Source: Candidatus Heimdallarchaeota archaeon (GTDB lineage Archaea > Asgardarchaeota > Heimdallarchaeia > Heimdallarchaeales > Heimdallarchaeaceae). Taken from it: DNA of 64,000 nt. Made by a program: the position numbers and the translations under genes. Of the stretch, positions 1 to 10,006 are shown piece by piece; positions within the stretch are counted from its first letter, which is position 1, and each line of letters starts with the position of its first letter. The stretch is from positions 320,001 to 384,000 of the forward strand of contig JAUVXV010000002.1 in assembly GCA_030603365.1 (NCBI GenBank), read 5' to 3'. The notes under the pieces were generated by a model. It was not told the origin of the DNA. It did not search any database and saw nothing but the letters and a program-made list of their open reading frames with translations.

Positions 1-1
1 A

Positions 2-715
2 GGAGCAATTGTAAGAATTGGGGGGACACAGATTTTTGACTCTGTTCATAATGATGGTGCAGACTATCGTACTGCTGCAACAGAAATTGGATCAGGAGTT
101 CCTCTATATGATGGTGATCTTGTTGGAAATCTAACTGAAGGTGTGGATGCAGGTGTATTATTCTATTCTTCTTGTGCAATTATTGCATATGATGGTTACA
201 ATTATAAAGATCTTAGAATTGGAGAAAGTGTTTTTCCAGACCGAGTTTGGACCATCATGAGATATAGTGAAAACGCTACTTCTTATGACTCTGATGTTAG
301 CGATAATGAATTAGATCTGTATGCTAATAGCGCAGTAACTGGATTATATCCGGCTATTGTTTATGAACATCTGATTAATGTAAATAGTCATATTATTGCA
401 TCAGGAGATGCAATCTATTCAGACTACAGATATATGTATGATCAAAAAACGGAAAATGGAGTCTACAATGGTGGAGTTCATTATGGTCAAGTATTAGTAA
501 ATAATATCTTAAATTACTTCCTTGAGACTATAGAAATACCTACACCTACACCTACACCAACTCCTACTCCAACTCCAACACCAACTCCAACAGTCTCTGA
601 AACACCTGAACCAACACCTAATACAACAATAGATGGTTTTGGTATTACTACCTTACTAATTTCTTTGTTTAGCATTGGTGTATCTGTGGTATTTACAATG
701 AGAAAGAAGAACTAA
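2..715 (+). CDS. Secreted/cell-surface protein with Pro-Thr linker and C-terminal membrane anchor; 5'-truncated by window edge; paralog of next gene
   Basis: Frame open from base 2 (GAIVRIGGTQIFDSVHNDGADYRTAATE aligns to GAIVRLDGTSISDPVFNDGASYRVAATE of 860..1966); (PT)9 linker; DGFG-TM-RKKN tail. Confidence 0.85.
   Translation, partial: GAIVRIGGTQIFDSVHNDGADYRTAATEIGSGVPLYDGDLVGNLTEGVDAGVLFYSSCAIIAYDGYNYKDLRIGESVFPDRVWTIMRYSENATSYDSDVSDNELDLYANSAVTGLYPAIVYEHLINVNSHIIASGDAIYSDYRYMYDQKTENGVYNGGVHYGQVLVNNILNYFLETIEIPTPTPTPTPTPTPTPTPTVSETPEPTPNTTIDGFGITTLLISLFSIGVSVVFTMRKKN
539..592 (+). repeat. Coding hexamer repeat CCNACN x9 (Pro-Thr linker)
   Basis: cctacacctacacctacaccaactcctactccaact..., in frame. 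Confidence 0.9.
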
Positions 716-859
716 ATTCTTCTTTTTTCTTGTTTTCAGTTTTGCTTAATAATTGTAAACGTACAAAATAGATGTGCAAAATGCAATAAGATGATGACTA
801 TTTCCTTATAGACCTGTCTATATTTCGAAATGATGAAAAATGTTTAAAAATACTGATGT

Positions 860-1966
860 TTGCTATTAAATTTGATGAAGAGAACAAAATTGCTAATTCT
901 GACTAATTTTCTTTGTGTTTTAATACTGCTAAATTCAGCAAGTAATATAACTGGTGTAGTTTTTGTCGAAACTAGTTTAGAATTCTCTGGGAATACTATT
1001 GCCTTCGATATCTATCATGGAGGGTATCATGCTAACGATGTTGATAACCTTGTAGCTAATTTGACAGCTGCTGGAAACATTGTAACATTCATTAATGAAA
1101 CATGGGATTTGCCAGATAATGTAGACGCACTTATTCTCACAAGTGCAGATATAGTTAATTGGACTACTACAGAAATAGCAGATATTGTTAATTGGATGGC
1201 ACTTGGAAATAGACTTCTTTGGGTTTCCGGTGATTCAGACTATTCTGGGTTTTTTGATCCAACACCAATTAATGACATTTTAAGTGCTATTGGAGCTATT
1301 GTAAGATTAGATGGAACATCCATCTCAGACCCAGTGTTCAATGATGGGGCATCATACAGAGTAGCTGCGACAGAATTTGGTGTAGATGATCCTTTCTATG
1401 ATGGTGATCTAGTAGGAAACTTGACTCAAGGAATGGATGCAGGTGCCATTTTTCATGGACCATGCTCAATCATTGCATTTGATGGCTATTACTATAAAGA
1501 TTTGAGATATGGGCATAGCGTTTTTCCTAATAGGGTTTGGACAATCATGAGATATAGTGAAAACGCTATTGCTGATGATACTGATACATCGAATGGAGAT
1601 CTAGATATATATGCTTATGACGTGGATACGGGATTATATCCTGCACTTGTTTATGAAACTCTTACAGATGTAAACAGCCACATCATAGCTTCTGGTGAAG
1701 CTATCTATTCCAACTACAAATATATGTATGATCAAAGGACAGAAAATGGAGTATACAATGAAAATCATCATTTTGGAGAAGTTTTGGTTAACAATATTTT
1801 CAATTATTTCTTAGAAACAAAAGTTATAACAACTCCAACACCAACACCAACACCAACACCAACTGATACTGAAACAACTATAGTTGGATTTGGTATAACT
1901 GCAGCATTAATATCTTTACTAAGCATAGGCATATCAACTGTTTTTATTATTAGAAAGAGATACTAA
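860..1966 (+). CDS. Secreted/cell-surface protein, tandem paralog of previous gene (likely start ATG 875)
   Basis: Signal peptide MKRTKLLIL..., PT linker 1835-1864, VGFG-TM-RKRY tail. Confidence 0.85.
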   Translation: MLLNLMKRTKLLILTNFLCVLILLNSASNITGVVFVETSLEFSGNTIAFDIYHGGYHANDVDNLVANLTAAGNIVTFINETWDLPDNVDALILTSADIVNWTTTEIADIVNWMALGNRLLWVSGDSDYSGFFDPTPINDILSAIGAIVRLDGTSISDPVFNDGASYRVAATEFGVDDPFYDGDLVGNLTQGMDAGAIFHGPCSIIAFDGYYYKDLRYGHSVFPNRVWTIMRYSENAIADDTDTSNGDLDIYAYDVDTGLYPALVYETLTDVNSHIIASGEAIYSNYKYMYDQRTENGVYNENHHFGEVLVNNIFNYFLETKVITTPTPTPTPTPTDTETTIVGFGITAALISLLSIGISTVFIIRKRY

Positions 1967-2024
1967 ATCCTCTTTTTTTTCCTTTTTTCTTCAAGAAACT
2001 TGCATTAAATTTAAAAAACACATA

Positions 2025-3167
2025 ATGTTTGTATATCTAATGATAATTACTTCTCTTATTTATGCTGCTGTTTCCTTGTGTATTATTATTGCTATGATTG
2101 TTTTAGTCTTTAAGAGACAATATGAACTAGCCTCATCTGCTGTTTATTTCATGCTTGGGATTCTCTTTGGTATTGCAGGTTGGATTATCGCTGACATGTT
2201 TCAAATCATTTTTAGCAAACCAGGAAATGAAATCGTTATACTTGTTTTATCTGTTATTGCTACAATATGTAGTATGTTAGCAATGGGGTCTACAGTTTTA
2301 TTTGCGCGAGTCCTAAGTGCTAGAAGAACTCTAAACTCAAAAACAGTTGTCGTTGGAAGCATTCTTTTTGGGGCGACAGTCTTTCTTACACTTACTGCTG
2401 GCTATCCAAATGATGCAGATAAATTAATTAGTTATACAGTAAACTCCTCTGATTTTGCTAATTTAGACTTCATTGTCACTGATATGAGCTTCATCTGGAT
2501 AATTGTCGATGCTGCCATGGTGTTATTTGCAGGTGGTAGTTTGATATGGTATCTTTCGCGTCAATACAGATTTGTTGAACAAAAGCATAGGAAAGTCCTA
2601 GCTTTCATGATAGCTGGTACAGTAATTGCTTTTATTGTAAGTGCAATTTTATATTCGATTTATGCTTTTGCGAAAATTAAGGCTACTCTTCATCTTGAAT
2701 TAGTTTCTGCATCTGTTGGAGCTGCCATGATAGGAATTGGAATGATTGTAGGTGGAAAAAGAGCCCTTTATGGATCTTCAAGAGTTTATTCTGTTCATGT
2801 TTTTTCTAATTCAGGATTAAGTGTGTATGCGGGTCTATTCGAAGGTAAATATGATGTCAACGAACACCTAATTTCTGGAGTTGCGACTGCTATTTCAAGC
2901 TTTGCAGGTCAATTAATAGGTAAAGATGTGGTACCACGTGAGATTGATCTCGGAGATTATTCATTGATGCTCGAAGAAAAGGAAGATTATATTGGTTTCA
3001 TTATCTGTGAGTTTCCATCTGTGATGATCAGACAGGGGCTCAAGAATATCATGAAGAATTTTGATCCTAAAATGAGTATTGAAGAGATATCAGAATTTGT
3101 AGATGACTATCTACCTTATGGAAAACCAGCTGTTATGGATCTGTTTGAGGATTTTGATATACAATAA
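2025..3167 (+). CDS. ~7-TM membrane protein with C-terminal soluble longin/roadblock-like domain
   Basis: Seven hydrophobic segments, then VHVFSNSGLSVY...LISGVATAISSFA...EIDLGDYSLML pattern. Confidence 0.6.
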   Translation: MFVYLMIITSLIYAAVSLCIIIAMIVLVFKRQYELASSAVYFMLGILFGIAGWIIADMFQIIFSKPGNEIVILVLSVIATICSMLAMGSTVLFARVLSARRTLNSKTVVVGSILFGATVFLTLTAGYPNDADKLISYTVNSSDFANLDFIVTDMSFIWIIVDAAMVLFAGGSLIWYLSRQYRFVEQKHRKVLAFMIAGTVIAFIVSAILYSIYAFAKIKATLHLELVSASVGAAMIGIGMIVGGKRALYGSSRVYSVHVFSNSGLSVYAGLFEGKYDVNEHLISGVATAISSFAGQLIGKDVVPREIDLGDYSLMLEEKEDYIGFIICEFPSVMIRQGLKNIMKNFDPKMSIEEISEFVDDYLPYGKPAVMDLFEDFDIQ

Positions 3168-3211
3168 ATCTTTAGAACAAAACTCAAATATTCTTCTTTT
3201 TTCCTCTTCTT

Positions 3212-4564
3212 ATGGATTATGCAATCAAAGGTAGATTAGCAATTTATTATGACACTAATTCAAAACTACAAATTATCGAAAATCCACTTATTATTGTAGA
3301 AGAAGAGAAAATTGTAGATATAGGTACTTATGACAAAATGAAACCCAATCTCTCTGGACATGATGTAATCGGTGATTCCAATCAACTTCTCATTCCAGGT
3401 TTAGTCAATTGTCACACTCACATCGCCATGACAATATTTAGAGGAATAGCTGATGACATTCCATTGAAAACATGGTTGGAAGACTATATTTGGCCATTAG
3501 AAGCTAAATTGGGTGAGGAGGATGTTTATCAAGGAGCACTTCTAGGTAGCATTGAATCTGTTCTAAGTGGAGTAACAGCTGTCAATTCTATGTACTGGTA
3601 TCCAGGTTTTGAAGCAAAAGCAATCAGCAATATAGGTTTAAGAGGTTACATTGCAGCCCCCATTTTATCTGGAATAACTACATTTGAAGACGCATATGAT
3701 ATTATTGAGAAACATCATCACACTTTACAAGATCTCATTAGAGTCACATTTTCTTTACACTCCCCGTATACAGTTACTATTGAAGACTTTCAGAAAGCTC
3801 ATCAATATATTCATGATTATAATGAGAAGAATGATAAACCAGAGCTATTCATCCACACTCATTTAGCGGAATCTGAAACAGAAATGGAAGATAGTAGAAG
3901 TTTTAATGAGAAGAATAATCAAACTTATCCTGATGTTGATACTCCAGTAGAATTATTGGACTCGATTGGTGTTTTAGATGACAATCTCATAGCTGCACAT
4001 TGTATTCATATTACTGAAAAAGACATAAAAATCCTCAAAGATAGAGGTACAAGATTATCGCTCAACCCAATATCAAATGCCAAATTAGGCAATCACATGC
4101 CACCTATTCCTAGCATAATTGAACAAGTAGATAGAGTAGGATTAGGGACAGATGGGCCTTCAAGTAATAATACTCTTGACATATTTGATACTATCAGATT
4201 TCTAGCACTCTATTACAAAGGATTTCATCACAATCCAACAGTGATCAAAGCTCAAGAGATTTTCAAGCTTGCAACACTTGGTGGAGCTAAAGTTTTGAAT
4301 TGGGAAGGAATTGGCACTTTAGAGAAAGGATCATTAGCTGACATTGTCACTGTTAATCTGAAAAAACCGCATCTAACACCTAGTAAAAATCCCGATTATA
4401 TTCTCAATCATTTTGCTTATTCCATGAAAGGAAGTGATGTTAGTAACGTGTTAGTTAACGGTTCTCTTATTGTTCAAGATTCATCACTTGTCAACAGAGA
4501 TATTGAAAATACCATTGAGGAAGTAGAAAAAATCACTCATCGTTTAGTTTCTAAGAATGATTGA
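3212..4564 (+). CDS. mtaD: Amidohydrolase, MTA/SAH deaminase (MtaD)-like
   Basis: PGLVNCHTH, HTHLAES, AAHC, GLGTDG, ATLGGA motifs. Confidence 0.75.
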   Translation: MDYAIKGRLAIYYDTNSKLQIIENPLIIVEEEKIVDIGTYDKMKPNLSGHDVIGDSNQLLIPGLVNCHTHIAMTIFRGIADDIPLKTWLEDYIWPLEAKLGEEDVYQGALLGSIESVLSGVTAVNSMYWYPGFEAKAISNIGLRGYIAAPILSGITTFEDAYDIIEKHHHTLQDLIRVTFSLHSPYTVTIEDFQKAHQYIHDYNEKNDKPELFIHTHLAESETEMEDSRSFNEKNNQTYPDVDTPVELLDSIGVLDDNLIAAHCIHITEKDIKILKDRGTRLSLNPISNAKLGNHMPPIPSIIEQVDRVGLGTDGPSSNNTLDIFDTIRFLALYYKGFHHNPTVIKAQEIFKLATLGGAKVLNWEGIGTLEKGSLADIVTVNLKKPHLTPSKNPDYILNHFAYSMKGSDVSNVLVNGSLIVQDSSLVNRDIENTIEEVEKITHRLVSKND

Positions 4565-5445
4565 GAGTGCTTTAGGCTGAGCATGAGAATACCGACTATT
4601 GTCACAACTAGTGAAATCCCAAGAAAAATCTGTTGAACAGGTATTAGAGAGTTCCATTCTAGTAGAATTATTCCACCAAACAGTATTGGGAAAATAATCA
4701 TTACCCCATTGTATATTGCCATTATGTTTGAAACTTTTCCTTCTTTGAACGCAAATTGTAAACTTCCTGTTGACATCAGAGCAGTTGCCAAAATTCCAAG
4801 AATATAAAGAATTACGACAACTAAATCAGTACTAAATTGTTTTTCAGTTGTCCAAACTGTAATTCCTTTAAAGACAATTGCTTGAATTCCTGCCATTAAA
4901 CCTGCAAAAATTGCAATGTCAAAAGGTCTTATTTTTCTCTTGAATAGAACAGGGATAAAAGTGAATAAGACTGCTATTACTAAACTTCCCAATACAACAA
5001 TAGCTCCATTAATTGAGTGCGAAAATCCTTTCCATTCAACCCATGATAGTTCTTCGATACCAAAACTCATGATGTATGAGGAAACTATAATACCAATTAG
5101 CACTAAAACAAAACCTACAATTTCCAGTTTTTTCAAAGATTCTTTTAAATCAATATGAGCATATGTTACGAGTACGATGAGTCCAAAACCTGATAATGGT
5201 GCTATAGCGCTCAAAGGTGCCCAAAGTAAAGCTACATAGTAGAATCCCATACTAGCTATTGTCAAAAAAAGACCAAGTAACCAAAGTTTGTTTGTAAGTA
5301 TTGATTTGATTAAAGTTACTGTTCCATCTTTTTTTTCTTCTGGCATTTTCTGGATGGCTTTCTTTTCAAGAACGAATCCAATATTGTAACAGGCTGTATA
5401 AATTAACCCCGAGATTATAGATATACCGAACAATAAACCATCCAT
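4537..5445 (-). CDS. DMT-superfamily (NIPA-like) transporter
   Basis: ~9 TM helices, APLSAIAPL motif. Confidence 0.65.
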   Translation of the reverse strand: MDGLLFGISIISGLIYTACYNIGFVLEKKAIQKMPEEKKDGTVTLIKSILTNKLWLLGLFLTIASMGFYYVALLWAPLSAIAPLSGFGLIVLVTYAHIDLKESLKKLEIVGFVLVLIGIIVSSYIMSFGIEELSWVEWKGFSHSINGAIVVLGSLVIAVLFTFIPVLFKRKIRPFDIAIFAGLMAGIQAIVFKGITVWTTEKQFSTDLVVVILYILGILATALMSTGSLQFAFKEGKVSNIMAIYNGVMIIFPILFGGIILLEWNSLIPVQQIFLGISLVVTIVGILMLSLKHSQSFLETKR

Positions 5446-5541
5446 GAAGTAGAGATATTATATCTCCTTTTTAGATTTTACTCTCAGTCAGCTGGACATG
5501 TCTAATAAAATTTAATAACAAGCCCCCTCCATACTTGTAAC

Positions 5542-6279
5542 ATGGTTGAAACGGATCTTTTTATGATATTAGTTGCTGGTTACACTAATTATCATCGTAA
5601 GTATCCGGTTTATGAGGAAAAATTTGGAGATGAGAAATTTGCTCATACTACAAATTTCAAAAGATTCTCTATAGATGAACATCTTGAAGAATTAGAATCA
5701 TTAATTCCTGAGAATCGAGAGTATCTTCTAGTAGGATATAGTATGGGAGGATCCAACATTTTAGAACTACTAGGTAGAAAACATCTCACTAATTGTAGGG
5801 GAGCTGTGCTTGTTGGTGCTGCTCATGTTCAGGATGTGCATTGGTTCCTAAATTTCATGTTTCTCTTACCTGTCCCAATCATGTATCTTTTTACCATAAT
5901 TCTTGCTCTGCTATTTCCAATGAATCTTATCATTGCTGGATTTAATTTGAAAAAAGCGATTCCAGCTTCTTTTGAAGGAATTTATATGTTCTTTAAACAT
6001 GGTGCTAGAAACATGAAGAAAGAATATAATCAATGTCTTAGAAAGGTGGGTAGAAATCTATCAGATATAAAAGAAGAAAATAAGGATATACCTCTTTTAA
6101 TAATTCGTTTAGAGAAGGATATGATGGTAAAAGAGGAACACTATGAGACTGTATTAACCTGGTTCAATAAATCCAAAACTAGAGTATTACCACCAGATAT
6201 TATACATTTGACTCATAGACTCGATGGACTCTTTATTGATATTATAGAGGAAGAAAGCGAATTTTTTGGTTTTGACTAA
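5542..6279 (+). CDS. Alpha/beta hydrolase fold protein
   Basis: GYSMGG nucleophile elbow. Confidence 0.7.
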   Translation: MVETDLFMILVAGYTNYHRKYPVYEEKFGDEKFAHTTNFKRFSIDEHLEELESLIPENREYLLVGYSMGGSNILELLGRKHLTNCRGAVLVGAAHVQDVHWFLNFMFLLPVPIMYLFTIILALLFPMNLIIAGFNLKKAIPASFEGIYMFFKHGARNMKKEYNQCLRKVGRNLSDIKEENKDIPLLIIRLEKDMMVKEEHYETVLTWFNKSKTRVLPPDIIHLTHRLDGLFIDIIEEESEFFGFD

Positions 6280-6338
6280 ACAATAATATCTCTATCAAAA
6301 AAAAACAACTTTTTAAATGCAGTTCTAACATAATCTTT

Positions 6339-7244
6339 GTGTATTCAGAGACATTTGAAACTGAAATAAATAAACTGAAAGCTGATAAAATCAGTGGATC
6401 TGAGGAAATAGTCAGGAAAGCTATTCAAATTATTAAAAAAGAAATTGACAATGACCCAACTAGATATGGTAAGATTATAGATTTAGTTGAAATGCTTCGT
6501 GCAGTTATAATTATTAAGAAAGAAATGTCAGCTTTGAGAAATGTTCTAATTTATTTTATTGATTTCTTCCAAAAAGGAGTAGCAGTTGAAGATTTGGCTG
6601 AAAGGGTCATAGGGAAAATGGATGATCAAAGAAATAATGTCAATGATAAACTGCTTCCAATTATTTCAAAATGTAAAAACATTATGACCTTTTCAAGATC
6701 TAGCACCATTATGTATAGTCTAAGAAAGTTGAGTGAACAAGTGGGGAAAGATAAATTACCTGATTTAACTGTATTTGAATCCAGACCTGCGTTAGAAGGT
6801 AAAAAGCTAGCTTTAGAAGCCACTGAAATGGGTTATAAGGTAAACTACTTAGTAGATGCAGCTATGTCAATGGCAATAATAACGCTCAAACCTGATTTGG
6901 TTTTAATTGGTGCTGACACCATATTTCCTAATGGTAATGTAGTAAATAAAATTGGATGTCAAGCTTTAGCTCTTTTTGCTTATCAAAATAAAATCCCTTT
7001 TTATGTAGTCAGTTCTTCCTTGAAACTTCTACTCAAAGCAATTCCTTTCTCAATACAAAGCTACTCATCAAGCGATATCTGGTCAAAAGATAAACCTGAA
7101 GGTGTAAAAATCTACAATCCTTACTTCGAGATTATTCCTAAAAAATTAATTAGAGGATATGTAACTGAGTTTGGTTTTAGCGAAAACATCCCAGATGTTC
7201 GAATTGAATTGGAAAAAGAGTATATTCACGAAATGTATGACTAG
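6339..7244 (+). CDS. eIF-2B alpha/beta/delta family protein (R15P isomerase/MtnA-like fold)
   Basis: ESRPALEG, LIGAD, NKIG, NPYFE motifs; no catalytic Cys (TFSRSST). Confidence 0.8.
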   Translation: MYSETFETEINKLKADKISGSEEIVRKAIQIIKKEIDNDPTRYGKIIDLVEMLRAVIIIKKEMSALRNVLIYFIDFFQKGVAVEDLAERVIGKMDDQRNNVNDKLLPIISKCKNIMTFSRSSTIMYSLRKLSEQVGKDKLPDLTVFESRPALEGKKLALEATEMGYKVNYLVDAAMSMAIITLKPDLVLIGADTIFPNGNVVNKIGCQALALFAYQNKIPFYVVSSSLKLLLKAIPFSIQSYSSSDIWSKDKPEGVKIYNPYFEIIPKKLIRGYVTEFGFSENIPDVRIELEKEYIHEMYD

Positions 7245-7358
7245 AAAATCTAGATATTAGTTATTCTGAATTTTTTTCACATATGTTTAAATAATGTAAA
7301 ATAGATAAAGGTAATTTGAACTAAGCATGATTTAGTTTATTAAATAGAGGTAATATAT

Positions 7359-8186
7359 ATGAAGAAAAAAGCAGTATTTATTCTATCTTTGTTATGTCTA
7401 TCTATAGTTTCATTTACAATGAGTACTATACAAGCAGATTTTGAAATTAGTTATCAAGGTTTTACTTACTCAGATAACTTATCTCCAGGTGAATCAGTTG
7501 CTTGGGAGATTATGAAACTAGAAAAAGATGACCAATATGAATGGGAAATAAAACCAGGAATAACTATGGAGTTAGGCGACATCCTTAGAGTTAATATCAC
7601 AACAGATCCAGATGCATTAAACCTTACTACATTTGAAGAAATACACACCACAAATGAAGAATGGGCGAACTTCTATAAAAATGACGATTATCTAGGAAAC
7701 GATGCATCTGACCTAAACTGGGGTAGCTCTCTTTATCCTGGAGCTTTACTCTGGGGTCCAATATTCTGGATGTACTTTGTTCCTGTAATTCTGCAAAATG
7801 CCACAGCAAGTGTTGATTTCTTTGATTTTGTAGTACAGCATTTTGGAGTGTATGTATTTGATGATCCAGGTGGATCATATGATATTGAAAAGAAAGGCAA
7901 TTTATTAATAATATCTGCGGAGGTACATGCTGATATATCTGGTGGAATTTTTGGAGGAGATTATAAATTTGATTCATTCGTGGAAATTAGCTACAACGTT
8001 GAATGGGGTACTTTGGATAAACTAGAAATTGATGAAACCGTAGATAGTAGTGCAGGAAAAGAAACATTCAAATTAATACTTTTGAACACTATCAGTACTC
8101 AAAGCATTCCCTTTAATTGGACATATGGTATGATAGCTCTTTTTATTATTGGATTAGCATATATTCTAAGGAAAAAAATACATTAA
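7359..8186 (+). CDS. Secreted protein with C-terminal TM anchor
   Basis: Signal peptide; acidic body; IPF...TM-RKKIH tail. Confidence 0.75.
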   Translation: MKKKAVFILSLLCLSIVSFTMSTIQADFEISYQGFTYSDNLSPGESVAWEIMKLEKDDQYEWEIKPGITMELGDILRVNITTDPDALNLTTFEEIHTTNEEWANFYKNDDYLGNDASDLNWGSSLYPGALLWGPIFWMYFVPVILQNATASVDFFDFVVQHFGVYVFDDPGGSYDIEKKGNLLIISAEVHADISGGIFGGDYKFDSFVEISYNVEWGTLDKLEIDETVDSSAGKETFKLILLNTISTQSIPFNWTYGMIALFIIGLAYILRKKIH

Positions 8187-8333
8187 AAGGAAAAAAAGGT
8201 TAATATTTTCTCCCTTTTTTTTATTATTTTTAAAAAATCTATTGTACCATAGTTGATGGTCTTGTAAAAAAATCTCCAAATTAGAAGAGAAACAGAAAAA
8301 GAGAATATTCAAGAAACTTGTGGGGAAGAGGAA

Positions 8334-9065
8334 TTAACTTCCTTCCCAATCAGTTTTCAACATTTGATCTTTATCCTCTGGGACAACTGGGTCTACATAA
8401 TAAGCGATTTTTCCAGCCCATCTGACCTCTCCTGTTCTATAAATTGGATTGGATCTGATATTTCGTAAGGTTGAAACTGGGATATTGTATTTCATACTTA
8501 ATGTTTTCAATGATGAAAAGGGATTATCAAATTCTCCAAATAACCTACGGATAAGACCTCTTTTGCTTTCTTCGATCATCAAATTTCCATTTTCATCAAC
8601 AGCATAACCAAAGGGTGGTCGAGACATGACTTTCTTATCATTAATTCTTCGTAACATTCCTTTGTATCGCTTTTCACGATATTTTTCCAGTTCCATTTCC
8701 CCGAATAAATCTTTAACTCTTGCAATCGCTTTGTTATCTTCATCATCCAAACAGACAATTGATAGTTCTTTTTTCTTGAGTAGAATTCTAATATAACCTA
8801 AAACGTCAACATCCCTGGATAATCTATCTCTGGATTGACTCCATAATTCATCAAATTCATCATTTTCAGTCATCCTCAATATTTCTAGAAAGCCTTCTCT
8901 ATATTCAGGATCACTGTCTCCAGGGCAATCTTCATCTCGAACAATCTTTACAATTTCTCGATCCCCAGCTTGGTAAATTTTTGCTGAAACATCATCAATT
9001 TGTGTTTCCAATCCTGATTCTTGATCAGCAGTTGAAGTTCGAACATATACAACACAACGAATCAT
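8334..9065 (-). CDS. Serine recombinase (resolvase catalytic domain plus short recombinase domain)
   Basis: YVRTSTADQ catalytic Ser, DRLSRD, PPFGY...NPIY. Confidence 0.9.
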   Translation of the reverse strand: MIRCVVYVRTSTADQESGLETQIDDVSAKIYQAGDREIVKIVRDEDCPGDSDPEYREGFLEILRMTENDEFDELWSQSRDRLSRDVDVLGYIRILLKKKELSIVCLDDEDNKAIARVKDLFGEMELEKYREKRYKGMLRRINDKKVMSRPPFGYAVDENGNLMIEESKRGLIRRLFGEFDNPFSSLKTLSMKYNIPVSTLRNIRSNPIYRTGEVRWAGKIAYYVDPVVPEDKDQMLKTDWEGS

Positions 9066-9069
9066 AATA

Positions 9070-9105
9070 ACCTTGTTAAGAAGGTTTAGACCTTCACTAA
9101 AAGGT
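9070..9105. promoter_or_regulatory. Two tandem ACCTT-N6-AAGGT palindromes (20-bp period) immediately upstream of the recombinase start
   Basis: ACCTTgttaagAAGGTttagACCTTcactaaAAGGT. Confidence 0.6.
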
Positions 9106-9131
9106 ATGTACTACTGGACAACATATGAAAC

Positions 9132-9581
9132 TTATCTTTCGTCGAAAACCACTTGTTCAACAAGCCTTTTATCTTGTTTTTTAGTTAGATAGCGATAAAT
9201 GAAATACTCCACCTTCTCAATTGATTCATCATAATTAAGAGGTAGTTCTCGTCCACTTTCCTTAAGATGGATTAATCTTTGTCTTAATAGACTCAAAGTA
9301 AGAGCAACAGTTCGATTTCTTTCATAAAGCTCATTCGCTTTTAATCGAATTAGAGCATACTCTTGAAATAAACTAGAATACTCTCTACTTAATTCTTGGA
9401 ATATTTTTTCATCTTCAGCTCTTTTATTAGAAAGATCATTCATGTCCCAATCAGTTAGTTCGTCAGGTATAATCTCCAAATAATAAAGATAATAAGCTAA
9501 ATCACTTGCAAGAATATTTTCATCCTCACATGGAATTTTGTCCTTGAATTTAATATTGAACCTTGTAGTATTTATTTTCAT
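9132..9581 (-). CDS. Hypothetical helical protein
   Basis: 149-aa ORF; ATGA overlap with upstream gene. Confidence 0.7.
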   Translation of the reverse strand: MKINTTRFNIKFKDKIPCEDENILASDLAYYLYYLEIIPDELTDWDMNDLSNKRAEDEKIFQELSREYSSLFQEYALIRLKANELYERNRTVALTLSLLRQRLIHLKESGRELPLNYDESIEKVEYFIYRYLTKKQDKRLVEQVVFDER

Positions 9582-9955
9582 TGAATAGTCTCCCCACCTA
9601 AATCTTTGACAATTTGCTCAATTTTTATCACAGTGTTATAATCTTGATTATATTCCTCTAGAGCATCTCTAAGTATCTCAACATGGTCATTAATTTTTTG
9701 TAAATCATCTATTCGTTCCTTTAATCTAAATGCAAATTCTCCATATTTCATTACTCCTAGAAAAAAATCCCTGAAACTTTTTTCTTGTGAGTGAGCATAG
9801 TTTTTTTTCCAAGCATGGAAAATAATACTCATCACTTTTGGATACTTTGCTAAAATTTGTTTTTCTTGAATTTTGTTCTTCTGAGCATAATTCTTTATTC
9901 TTCTGCTCTGAGTAATATTAAAGGTAAGTTGTTTAATGGTTTTCATACCATTCAA
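9578..9955 (-). CDS. Hypothetical protein
   Basis: 125-aa ORF in operon-like arrangement. Confidence 0.65.
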   Translation of the reverse strand: MNGMKTIKQLTFNITQSRRIKNYAQKNKIQEKQILAKYPKVMSIIFHAWKKNYAHSQEKSFRDFFLGVMKYGEFAFRLKERIDDLQKINDHVEILRDALEEYNQDYNTVIKIEQIVKDLGGETIQ

Positions 9956-10006
9956 GTAAAAGTCTGATGCAAAATAGATAAAGATTTAGTTAGTTTGAGT
10001 GGTCTA

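Noticed and set aside
539-592. Tandem repeat as a non-coding or phase-variation element
   Set aside because: In-frame Pro-Thr linker with varied third positions.
8334-9065. IS607 TnpA partner for the TnpB-like gene
   Set aside because: Lacks the N-terminal HTH of IS607 TnpA, has a PPFGY recombinase domain instead, and lies 46 kb away.
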